From positions 1,903-65,902 of the IMG/VR virus record IMGVR_UViG_3300042755_000021: a stretch of 64,000 bases of DNA; one strand, given 5' to 3'. A model generated the notes under the pieces. It was not told where the DNA came from. It worked only from the letters and a program-made list of their open reading frames with translations, and did not search any database. Position 1 is the first letter of the stretch, and each line of letters opens with the position of its first letter. This document shows, one piece after another, positions 54,904 to 64,000 of this stretch. This DNA comes from a virus (lineage: Duplodnaviria; Caudoviricetes). The position numbers and the translations under genes were made by a program.

Positions 54904-57477
54904 TTACTCAGATTCGTATGCAGCTACCATCTGCTTACCTAAATGGATTAAGAGCGAGTTAGTAGTCCCTATCAATTCAGCCGAGTTCACAATCCGCCGA
55001 GAGATAGAATCGTATGCAAATATAGCATCGATCAGTACCCCGTCAGCCGTCGTGTTCTCACCAGTCAACACGCGTCCGATGATGGATTTCATCTGGTGCG
55101 AAAACACCAATTTATCACCCACACCCATAGCCACGTCACCTGTAACATATACCTTTATTATAGCTGTATTGGATTCTAAAGGCTGACCTCCTACTCTATA
55201 GCCAATCTCTACACGACCGTCTACGGCACGCAACCCCATCTGCTTATTAAAGCGTCTGATGTTAGCGTCAGAGCGTTCAGCTAATAACCGTAAGGTGGTA
55301 GACATATCGTCTAGCTCGCCCGCATATAAAACCTCGATCTTATCAACCGTCCCAACCATCTTAGCTTTTGGTGCAGATGATGACAGTAAATCCAGTAAAG
55401 CCAGTGATTGATCGTCAAATATTTCGGTATTACCCTCACTTGTGTTGTGGAGCCTACATAAAATACTTTCAGGTTCTAAATTATCCTTAACACTGACCAA
55501 ATTACGGACTTCTTGATCGAACGCTACCTTGATATACCGTACCTCAGTAGAGAGTGTCGTCATGCGCTTAGCTAACGCTGTAGTGATAGCCGACGAGTCT
55601 TCTAAGGTGTCCACAGACTCCCATAACACCACCCTAGCCATTAATGATGTCTTGAATATTACCTGACTAGGATCTAAGGTATCTCTAACAAAATACTGCT
55701 TGTTATAGATGAGGATATCACCGGCTTTTACAGTAGCTCCCACCTTCAGATCAGTAGTGACATCATGCGGGATAACATTACCAGACCAGATGCCGAATCG
55801 ACGACCGATCTCGTAGTTAGCCACCTCACCATCACTATAGGTCACCGTAATCACTTTATCTGATAGTGCGGTCACCGTACCATCCACCCTCGCAGTCTTA
55901 GCGTACAAATCATCTGTACGATGCGCTAATACTCGCTCGTAGCCAGTACGACACGGTACAGGTGTATAGCCCTCGCAATGTGTCGTCTGTGAGTTCTGTA
56001 CGGAAATAAAGTTAACCCGTTTAGGGTCATCTCGATCCGCACCTGGCGCGAGTAACATAGACGTACTGACGATCCGTGAGGCATTACCTTTATCCTCAGT
56101 CAACCGTTTAGTAGTGCCTCGTAGTGAGTTATAACACGGATCCGCTGTAGCGTAGGTCACGGTCGCTACGTCACCACTATCTTTCGTAGCCTCAGACACA
56201 GTACCCTTAGAACTTGGATGAAACACCCGTGCTTCCGCAGTCATCGACCGAGCTGTACGTCCGCCAGAGCCTGAATAAATAACCTCTTCTTTTTCACGTA
56301 AAGCGTGAATAGGATTGGATTCTTCAATAGGCATCACCGACTGGTCTTGTAGGATAGACATCCATACGGCCTGCGGGTTAAGATCTACAGCGGCGTTAGC
56401 AGTAGCAGGTCGGGAGGCGTAGCCACGCATTGCTTTGATGAGTTCAAAATAAACCATACCGGCAAAACGCTCGTAGCCTTTATCCCGCATAAAACTAATA
56501 TCCATCTGATGCGGCGATTGGTCGGTTAGCAGTAACTCAGCACTACGTACGAATAACAACACTAAATCCGTAGGCTCACGCATCTCTTCTAGAATAGCGC
56601 GAGTAATGTGATCTACCCAGAGTTTGAACATCATGTCAAACTCACGCACCCACCGCACGCCTATGCCATTCGCATCCAATACGTTAGCGTAAACTTCCTT
56701 TTTATCAAACATGTAAATGCTATACCGTTTGATTTCACGGTGGTAACGCAAGAACCCGCCTAAGATCAGTTCGGACACACCCGTACGCTCTACGACTAAT
56801 GTCTCGTCTTCAAAACGTATGGCGAACTCCGACTCACTTAAGGTTAGGTGCGCTCCTTTAGGCTCACGGCGATGTTTGGTATTTAGCGTAGCTAATAAAT
56901 TACCTAGCCCTAACTGATGCGCTAGTACTATGCCCAACGGTATTAGCTTACCGAATATCCCTACTTCCGCTACGTCCACAGGCCGTGATGCGGTAGGGAT
57001 ACCAAAATAAGACTCGAAACTACCGAGTAATGTTACCCCAGTGTCCGTTTCGGTTAAACTTACCTTTAATAACTCACCTGCCGTGTTCATCAACAAAATC
57101 GCATCAGTCGATCTGGCTACTGGCACTAACATGACTTTAGCGGTAGCATGCTTCTCTATAGTGGACATAATGTCCAAACCAAAGGTTTCCAACCGTCTCC
57201 CGTAGTCAAAATAGAATGTATATTCTTTAGCTGTAAATGAACTAATACGCATCGCCAACGTAGTATAGAGACGCGGTAACGTATACTTAGAGTCGAATAC
57301 ATCAGCCATCTTAACATCGGTAATAACGTTGTTATTAGCATCAATCGCGATAGCAGTTACCTTATCCGCAATCCACTGCGCGTAATCAAACGCCGTGCGC
57401 TCTGACCGAGTCACAAACATTTTACTATAGTAACTAGTCAATGCCACTTTGTCTGGTGCTACTTTACGAATGGGAAG
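54904..57477 (-). CDS. rpoB: Virion RNAP beta-like subunit (phiKZ gp178-like), exon 2
   Basis: LPIRKV start, GSGGRT, EATKDSG.V, DDPKRVNFISVQ, TGYE, GDKLVF beta motifs. Confidence 0.92.
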   Translation of the reverse strand, partial: LPIRKVAPDKVALTSYYSKMFVTRSERTAFDYAQWIADKVTAIAIDANNNVITDVKMADVFDSKYTLPRLYTTLAMRISSFTAKEYTFYFDYGRRLETFGLDIMSTIEKHATAKVMLVPVARSTDAILLMNTAGELLKVSLTETDTGVTLLGSFESYFGIPTASRPVDVAEVGIFGKLIPLGIVLAHQLGLGNLLATLNTKHRREPKGAHLTLSESEFAIRFEDETLVVERTGVSELILGGFLRYHREIKRYSIYMFDKKEVYANVLDANGIGVRWVREFDMMFKLWVDHITRAILEEMREPTDLVLLFVRSAELLLTDQSPHQMDISFMRDKGYERFAGMVYFELIKAMRGYASRPATANAAVDLNPQAVWMSILQDQSVMPIEESNPIHALREKEEVIYSGSGGRTARSMTAEARVFHPSSKGTVSEATKDSGDVATVTYATADPCYNSLRGTTKRLTEDKGNASRIVSTSMLLAPGADRDDPKRVNFISVQNSQTTHCEGYTPVPCRTGYERVLAHRTDDLYAKTARVDGTVTALSDKVITVTYSDGEVANYEIGRRFGIWSGNVIPHDVTTDLKVGATVKAGDILIYNKQYFVRDTLDPSQVIFKTSLMARVVLWESVDTLEDSSAITTALAKRMTTLSTEVRYIKVAFDQEVRNLVSVKDNLEPESILCRLHNTSEGNTEIFDDQSLALLDLLSSSAPKAKMVGTVDKIEVLYAGELDDMSTTLRLLAERSDANIRRFNKQMGLRAVDGRVEIGYRVGGQPLESNTAIIKVYVTGDVAMGVGDKLVFSHQMKSIIGRVLTGENTTADGVLIDAIFAYDSISRRIVNSAELIGTTNSLLIHLGKQMVAAYESE

Positions 57478-59404
57478 CACCCCATTCACGGTGGACCATA
57501 TCTACACCCTCTCCTAAGAGTTCGGGTGCCTACCGTTTCGGCTAGGCTAACACCTAGAATCTTTCGATTACGTATCTTGGATACGCCCTACTCTACTCGC
57601 TTTAATCCCCGAAGGAACCATCTGGTTTTAGACAGATGTTATTATGCATGTCCTATGCACTAGCTTTCGATGGCCTCTGAGCACAACCCATATCTTTCGA
57701 CTTAGGGTCTTCGCTGCGTCGATCATGCCTCTCTCTATCGTTTTGACCGTGCCTGATTGGAACATTACCCTACAGGTGTTACACTGCGTTTCTGCGTGTA
57801 AGTGGTAGATAGACAGATATGGCGTTTTCCCGCAATTAGGTAGGTTACTAATACCGTATTTCGACGGTATGGGGACCGGTGTGAACAGCAATATTTCTGA
57901 ATAGGTTAGAACAGTACAGTAAATTCATTTACGACTTTACTGACCTCAGCGTCAAGATTTTTAATATCAGTCGTCCGAGGTATATTAAAAACCCTATAGA
58001 CATCGGATGTTTGTTTAAAAACCCTTAACACACCATCAATTTTATACCAGCGGGCGTATGCCCGCTTTAAACGAGATATCAGTTCTTTCTCTACAGTGCC
58101 GTTACTTAAGCTCAGATACGTTAGTACAAATAATTTATGGCCGTGGGTGGCAGCCAGTAATTTTTTATACGCATCACGTTCTTTAACATTAGTAAAGGCC
58201 TGCTCGCCGCCAAAAGCGGCTACGGATTGGTAGTGCTGTATGCCGTTAAACTCAATAAGTATATCGAGTTTCGGCAGATAGAAATCATATCGATATAGAT
58301 ACGGCTTAATCCGATATTCTCGAATGTATTCGATGCCGTATTTTTTCAGACACGATTCCACAGCCTTCTCACCTTTAGATTCACAACAGAACCTACAACC
58401 TGTTTTTGAACTAACATGGCTGTTTGGTCTTAGTTGAAATGCACCGTGTGTCGGACAGATAATATCTACCGGTCGTTTATTACTCCGGTATACGACCTTA
58501 CTATAGTCGTAACTATCGCCATGCACTTCTTTAGCATTCTTTATAAAATCTTCCGTAGATAACCGAGTGTCGTCTGTGTGACATTTTTTACACTTACAAC
58601 CAGCTAAATGTGCTGCCGCGCGTTGTGTAAAATCACCGTGTATATCACACGTGATAATGACCGTAGATGCTAGGGTCTTAAACGCAACTTTATCATAACC
58701 GTATCGTTCACCGTGTACTAGCTTAGCTTTCATGATAAATGCTTCTTTAGAAACCTTATCTGCTTCTCTAGCACATTTAGGACAGTCGGTAGCTTTAATA
58801 GCGTGGCTATACATATCTTGCCAAAAAGAGCCATGGCGCCGACAGATTATCTCTACCTTAGTCTTAGCGTTTACGTAAACGACCTGACTATAGTCATATC
58901 TGTCACCGTGGATCTGTCTAGCTTTAGTGAGTAGCTTATCAAATTTACGCGCCTTAGTTATCTCGACATCACAGCTACTACAGCCGTGTTTTGACCAATA
59001 ATGCTGTAACGGCGTCAATGTAATATCACCGTGTTTTTTACAGGTAATAGTTAACACGACATCCTTTTTAACGTACACCGTTTTTTGGTAGTCAAACCTA
59101 TCTTCGAACTTAGCGCGAGAATTACGAATAAACCCCTCAGTTGTAAGTGTATTATGCGCGGCATTTATTAAGATAGCGCAGGCTGGACACCTGCTACCGC
59201 TTAAATGAGCGTATATCGACTGATAAAACACGCCGTGTGTGTGGCATTCAATAGGTATTTTATCAGAGGTAGTAAATGTCTCGGGTAAAAGATCGTAGTT
59301 ATAGTCTTCGTGTGCCGATGGGCGACACGTAGCTAACCTATTCATGAAATATTGCTTGTTCATTATGTATAGTACGTTAGTTAGTCATACTATACTGGCT
59401 TTTA
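57478..59404 (-). ncRNA. Group I self-splicing intron in vRNAP beta gene
   Basis: Exon ends ..GGGGAT; IGS GTCCCC 57871-57876; P AATTGCGGGAAAAC 57824-57837; Q CGCAGCGAAG ~57709-57718; R GCTCAGAGGCCATC 57669-57682; S TAGATATGGTCC 57493-57504; terminal G; exact 3' site uncertain by up to 3 codons. Confidence 0.92.
57906..59363 (-). CDS. Intron-encoded homing endonuclease (DUF723-like Zn repeats + Vsr/DUF559-like PD-(D/E)xK domain)
   Basis: Repeats of HGDRYDYS.V.Y....V.I.C..HG.F.Q..H..CP.C; C-terminal SKGE..YDFYLP..LIEFNGIQHY. Confidence 0.92.
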   Translation of the reverse strand: MNKQYFMNRLATCRPSAHEDYNYDLLPETFTTSDKIPIECHTHGVFYQSIYAHLSGSRCPACAILINAAHNTLTTEGFIRNSRAKFEDRFDYQKTVYVKKDVVLTITCKKHGDITLTPLQHYWSKHGCSSCDVEITKARKFDKLLTKARQIHGDRYDYSQVVYVNAKTKVEIICRRHGSFWQDMYSHAIKATDCPKCAREADKVSKEAFIMKAKLVHGERYGYDKVAFKTLASTVIITCDIHGDFTQRAAAHLAGCKCKKCHTDDTRLSTEDFIKNAKEVHGDSYDYSKVVYRSNKRPVDIICPTHGAFQLRPNSHVSSKTGCRFCCESKGEKAVESCLKKYGIEYIREYRIKPYLYRYDFYLPKLDILIEFNGIQHYQSVAAFGGEQAFTNVKERDAYKKLLAATHGHKLFVLTYLSLSNGTVEKELISRLKRAYARWYKIDGVLRVFKQTSDVYRVFNIPRTTDIKNLDAEVSKVVNEFTVLF

Positions 59405-61132
59405 ATCCCCTCTTTGTTTACGCATACGGTTTTTAACACCAGCGGCTTTAAACTGGCCGTTTTCATTTACACGAGGTAACTGGAACCGTAGTGTAGTTGG
59501 TTTACCCACTACCGGTATCACACTGACCGTATGGATATCGAATGAATCCGTAAAGTCATCTACCGGCTGTACCGTGTAGTTGTTAATAATAATACCCGCA
59601 CGCTGTAGCTGCAATATACTCGCAGCAACGTCTTTGTGCAGTACTTTACGCACGTAGTCCGTATCGAAGTTCTTTAAAGAACTACTTAACATAGAGTGAT
59701 CGTTTACCCCGGCAATATACTCAACCATTGGGTTTTTATCAGCAATCTGTAATTCAGCCTGACTCACCGTAGCCATTTGCTCCAAGGTCTCATTGGGATT
59801 AAATGGGTTTTTAATGGTTTTATAGCGGGTCGATAACTGCACTAAACGACGGTGTTCAGCCGCGCTTAATTTACCTGATCTGGCTAACGCATCAGCGGCT
59901 CGTACCACACCGCTGTCTAATGCCGTATCCGTTGGAGTATACGGCTTATAATACCCAGTCGATACAGATTCCGATTCAGCCCCTAGCCGCTCTAATGCCT
60001 CTAGATCCTTATCAATCTCTTTATCGCTATAGACTACCTCAGTCGCATCTACAATCTCATCATCAGCACTATCGTCCTTAGCAGCCGCCACCGCCGCTAC
60101 GGCTTCGCTGATATTCCCTACTGGAGCATCCAGCGTCGCCTGCACCTGTGCCGTTAATGAATCATTACCCGCTAATGCTTCTTCCGCTTCATCACCCGTT
60201 AACTCACCTTCAATCTCAGGCTGGTCATTAACCTCAGGTTCATTACCTAAGGTCTCTACCACTGTAGTCGTTTCCGAGACACTCATCAGGAAACGCAGAT
60301 AACGTCGTTTCAGCACATCAGGCTCTACCTTACCAGTCTGTACTTTTTGGTTAGCGTCTAGCGTATGATCTACACGCCATTTATTAACAGTACCTAGATT
60401 AAGTGCCGTCCATTGCCCAGCATGTATAAATAGTAGACTGACCCGATCTAAAATATTAGGATCCAGATGATGCATGATCGATTGATCGCGTTGTTCCGAA
60501 AGCCAAATATAAAGATCTAAGATCACGCGTAAACTATCCGTGTTAAACCGAGTCATAAACGACGCATCATGATGCGTGATACCATGCTCTAACCAACTCA
60601 ACGGTGGTAACTGAGGCGGGAGCTGCACCTGTATGAAGTGGTGTCGCTCCGATGTGTTCGCTAAGCGGTTAATATTAGCGATAACCGTCCGGTGTAAGTT
60701 AGCCCACTGGTTATAGGGCGTCAGTAACGTTTTGGTGTAACGGTAATGCCGCGCAATCAAACTGTACGATTCAATTAAGAGCGACCGTGGGTTTTTGAGC
60801 ATAGACGCATTATTAGTAATCCGTTTAAATTGCTTATACTCGCGGTGGTAAGCTGTGAGTAATAGCGCAGTCTGTACCGTCATTGCCATCGGGTCACCTA
60901 ACCGAGCGGATGCATCCAACTCGGTAACGTGTTCTACCAATATATCGTTTTTAATACCTTGCAGTAAATCATCGTCCGGGGTAATCCCCGCATGCTGAGT
61001 ATCTATATCCGTAAAATGATAAACACTGTTCATTGGCAAAAACAAGGTCGATAAAGCAGTCATTGGCGGTGCCACCAACTGACTTAGTTGACGGATCCCG
61101 TGTGCTCGGTAGAAATTACTAAAGAGTAGCAT
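59405..61132 (-). CDS. rpoB: Virion RNAP beta-like subunit (phiKZ gp178-like), exon 1
   Basis: F..FYR.HGIR start, acidic linker, ends RMRKQRGD at splice site. Confidence 0.88.
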
Positions 61133-61133
61133 T

Positions 61134-62756
61134 TTAGTCCCCAGTCATATTAAACAATACTCGCTCTACGGTGTCTACCATAGGCGATGCAAAAAACCCA
61201 CCACGCGGATTTAAGTAGGCATTAGGCTTACCTAGTAGCGTGTGAATCTCGGCAATAGCTTCGTCTGTATAAACGATGTTAGCAGATGCAGTATCACCGT
61301 CGAAATCGGCCGCAAGTAGCTTTAGTCGGCTAACGTGTGGGATTAAACTATCCACGAACACCGGCTCTATAAAGGTAGGATATTCGATAGCCGTGTAATC
61401 ATCGCCCATCGGTAGCCAGTCATGCCCTAACTCTCTACGAACCTCACCTTTAACCGTGTTTTTAACATATGCGAATGAAGCGTAGATACTACCTACCCCC
61501 GTAACCGGATACCGTGTAACGAACATCCCTAGCGTGTTCCATAACCGATAACCGGCTACGTACATTAACTCGCACAGTGTGATGGGATGTACGTGTTTAG
61601 GATCTAAGCCTTTAGGTAAGTCATCTATATCGTTGAAGAACTTAAACGTAAGGTCAGGACCACGGTATACTAGACCGATATAATAGCCTTCGATGAGGAC
61701 GGGCTTAAGTCGTACGTACACTTCCTTATAGCTATTAATAACACGTTCTAAACCACTGGTAGTAGACCATTTATCAATCGTGTCCGCATTAATTTTCACG
61801 TACTCGCGATGTAGCGTCTTAGGATTCACCAATAACGCCTCACCTTCCTTACCGGAGAATACCTGTGTTAACCAACCTGTCATCAACGCATGCTTAGTCT
61901 TAGGTAACGCGCCACGCATCAGTTGGTATAGACCAATACCCGTTTGATTAATCTTAGGGCTATTCAACTCACCCAACACCGCCGGACTAGTATCCATCGC
62001 AGTCAATACATTACGAGTGCCGTTGAAAATTCGACGGGCTCCCCATTTATCTTGCAAGAACCCACCTTTACCTTCGAGTAAACCGATGATATATTCGTAG
62101 ATCTTTAAGAACGTAAGCTGTAGTGAATAGCGTGAGTTATCCAATATCTTAGTAGCCGGCCCGGCGTTCGGATTAATCGTATTACTAATACTGATCAACG
62201 ATCGATAGAACTCATTAATCTCGCCTTCTTTAATACGTCCGTCTCCGTCGATTTGGACATCCCTTAAGCCAGCCGGGATAACCATGATCTTATCAGTCGT
62301 GGAGGATTCTTTAAACTTAGTAATGAACTTAATCCGTAAATCACGGATGTCACTACCCGTCCCTTTAAATACAATCTGTTTCCACTTCGACATAAACAAC
62401 TGATAGCCGGTCTCACCGTGCATCGGGTCACTAGGCACAAAGTCATTGATAGTCTCATCCCATACGACGTAAGCTTTACTGGACATAATCTCACCGTAGA
62501 GACCCCGTAAGCGTAATAACTGTTTATAGACGTAAGGATGTAGGATTTCGGTTTTAATATCGATATAAGAGAACCGCGTGTCACGTTCATCACTGCCAGT
62601 ACGACCAAACGTAGAGATAGAAAACAGGCCTTCTTCATGGAAATTAGTACTACCACCGTCGAATATATCGAGTACGCGGGTAGGTTTAGTACCGGCTAAT
62701 CGTTCTTTAGTAGGTACCATCAAACTGATGTTAGCGGGTATGTCGGTGCGCTTCAT
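61134..62756 (-). CDS. rpoC: Virion RNAP beta-prime-like subunit (phiKZ gp180-like), catalytic
   Basis: GLFS..FG, GKGGFLQ..R.F.GTRNV, TRYPV, ADFDGD Mg-binding motif. Confidence 0.95.
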   Translation of the reverse strand: MKRTDIPANISLMVPTKERLAGTKPTRVLDIFDGGSTNFHEEGLFSISTFGRTGSDERDTRFSYIDIKTEILHPYVYKQLLRLRGLYGEIMSSKAYVVWDETINDFVPSDPMHGETGYQLFMSKWKQIVFKGTGSDIRDLRIKFITKFKESSTTDKIMVIPAGLRDVQIDGDGRIKEGEINEFYRSLISISNTINPNAGPATKILDNSRYSLQLTFLKIYEYIIGLLEGKGGFLQDKWGARRIFNGTRNVLTAMDTSPAVLGELNSPKINQTGIGLYQLMRGALPKTKHALMTGWLTQVFSGKEGEALLVNPKTLHREYVKINADTIDKWSTTSGLERVINSYKEVYVRLKPVLIEGYYIGLVYRGPDLTFKFFNDIDDLPKGLDPKHVHPITLCELMYVAGYRLWNTLGMFVTRYPVTGVGSIYASFAYVKNTVKGEVRRELGHDWLPMGDDYTAIEYPTFIEPVFVDSLIPHVSRLKLLAADFDGDTASANIVYTDEAIAEIHTLLGKPNAYLNPRGGFFASPMVDTVERVLFNMTGD

Positions 62757-62812
62757 CGCGTAGCCCCTTTAGACTGAATGTATGAGTTTAACCAAAAATC
62801 TAGGAATCGATC

Positions 62813-64000
62813 ATGGCGACCAATGAATTTGAAGATCTAGGTGATTTTAATTTAGATCAGTTCGACGACGACGGCATGGGTGGATTTGATTTCGAGCCGC
62901 CCAAAGACCCCCGTAGTCCGACGAATAAAATATTAGGTGGATTTGTAGATGGTATTAAAGCCACGATTACAGATCCCAATACCACTACCCGTATCATTAA
63001 AGGCGTATTACCAGAAGGGTATACTCACGCATTAGACATGGTTGACGGTGTAGCCAGTAGTGTTAGTGAACTGTATAATGAGGCACGCAAAGAAGCGAAG
63101 CCGGTTATACGCGATTTAAAGAAAGGCGTAAAGAAAGTACTGCCTACGGCTAGTAAGATATTGCCTAAAAAGCTATCCGATAAATTAGCGGAATGGAGTA
63201 ATTCAGATCCTGATCACCCACGCGCCACTGCCATAGATCCTGAGTCCAGCGAAATAGTCATGGGTTTAGGCTCTATCTTTAACGCGCACTTAGAGGCACA
63301 AAAAACCCGTGAGCTAGAGGCAGCTTCTAAGCAAGACATTAAGGATATTACGACGGCCAAACAGACTAGTACACTGCTAGGCCAGCTAGGATTTCTAAAT
63401 GATTCAACCCGTAGACTGGTAGATTATCAAGATCAGGTTACAGCAAGCTACCAGCGTAAATCCTTAGAATTACAGTATCGTCATTATTTCGTTAGTCGCA
63501 AACTCCTCAACACCATGGAGCAGCACTTAGAGTTAACCCGTGCTTCGTTCGGAGTTATCGCTAAAAATACCGGGTTACCAGACATCGTTAAGTACACCAA
63601 TCACGAGAAAATGATTGACCAACTCAAAAGTCAAATCTTCGGTAACGTTACCGAGCCGCTCAGTCAATGGTATCGCGGTATAGGTAAGCGTGTTGTCTCT
63701 AAGAGTAAGGCTGAGATAAAAACATTCTTTAGTGATGTTGGCGGTCATATAAATGACGCTGTAATGATGGGCGAGGCGGCACAAGACGGCATGAACGATG
63801 CCCGCGATATGCTAGGTGAGGAAGGTGCTAGAGATGCAGGGCTAGATATGGCAGGCGGTGCCCTAGGTGGGTTAGCGGCTAATGCCGTATTAAACCGCAT
63901 GATCAAACCTATTAAGGATAAGATAGCTAGTCAAGGATTTATAGCAGCCTCAGATTATGCCCTGATGCGGAAAATCTCTAGAATGCCGGCTAAGGCTAGA
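62813..64000 (+). CDS. Large tail protein (phiKZ gp181-like tape measure/lytic), N-terminal part, runs off window
   Basis: Open frame from ATG 62813 (MATNEFEDLGDFNLDQFDDD..YQRKSLELQYRHYF..TGLPDIVK); divergent from gp180-like gene. Confidence 0.82.
   Translation, partial: MATNEFEDLGDFNLDQFDDDGMGGFDFEPPKDPRSPTNKILGGFVDGIKATITDPNTTTRIIKGVLPEGYTHALDMVDGVASSVSELYNEARKEAKPVIRDLKKGVKKVLPTASKILPKKLSDKLAEWSNSDPDHPRATAIDPESSEIVMGLGSIFNAHLEAQKTRELEAASKQDIKDITTAKQTSTLLGQLGFLNDSTRRLVDYQDQVTASYQRKSLELQYRHYFVSRKLLNTMEQHLELTRASFGVIAKNTGLPDIVKYTNHEKMIDQLKSQIFGNVTEPLSQWYRGIGKRVVSKSKAEIKTFFSDVGGHINDAVMMGEAAQDGMNDARDMLGEEGARDAGLDMAGGALGGLAANAVLNRMIKPIKDKIASQGFIAASDYALMRKISRMPAKAR

Noticed and set aside
57490-59404. 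Split of the beta subunit as two independent genes, a frameshift or an intein
   Set aside because: Complete group I core elements and IGS pairing explain the break; an in-frame stop excludes an intein
382-63784. Many short antisense or nested ORFs in the track (e.g. 1150-1491, 20861-21406, 28434-28880, 57628-57891, 62264-62656, 63575-63784)
   Set aside because: Shadow frames of well-supported genes or of the intron; only the lipobox-bearing 17432-17653 is accepted as a real nested gene
1-64000. CRISPR array or tRNA genes
   Set aside because: No regularly spaced repeat-spacer series and no cloverleaf with a TTCGA T-loop seen in the intergenic regions; a tRNAscan/CRISPR finder run would be definitive

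Overview
64 kb segment of a phiKZ-like jumbo phage (Chimalliviridae-type; lineage inferred from synteny, host unknown). Core modules: folA/thyA nucleotide metabolism; a fibre cluster; embedded spanins; the terminase-gp26/27/28-sheath-tube block; an NAD-dependent DNA ligase; the head protease; virion RNA polymerase subunits, with the beta-like subunit split by a group I intron carrying a homing endonuclease in loop L1; and the start of a gp181-like tail protein. Between them lie minus-strand accessory arrays. These contain Tad1- and Tad2-like signal sponges, two NDT/TIR-like proteins, a SLOG protein, two HD hydrolases, an orphan HicB-like antitoxin and shuffled paralog families. Non-coding highlights are a recurring hairpin+TATGCCG element at late-operon ends, a structured RNA leader ahead of tad1, a candidate late small RNA and an origin-like palindromic AT-rich locus at 9.2-9.4 kb. 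All family calls are from motif recognition and synteny by eye; no database search was run.
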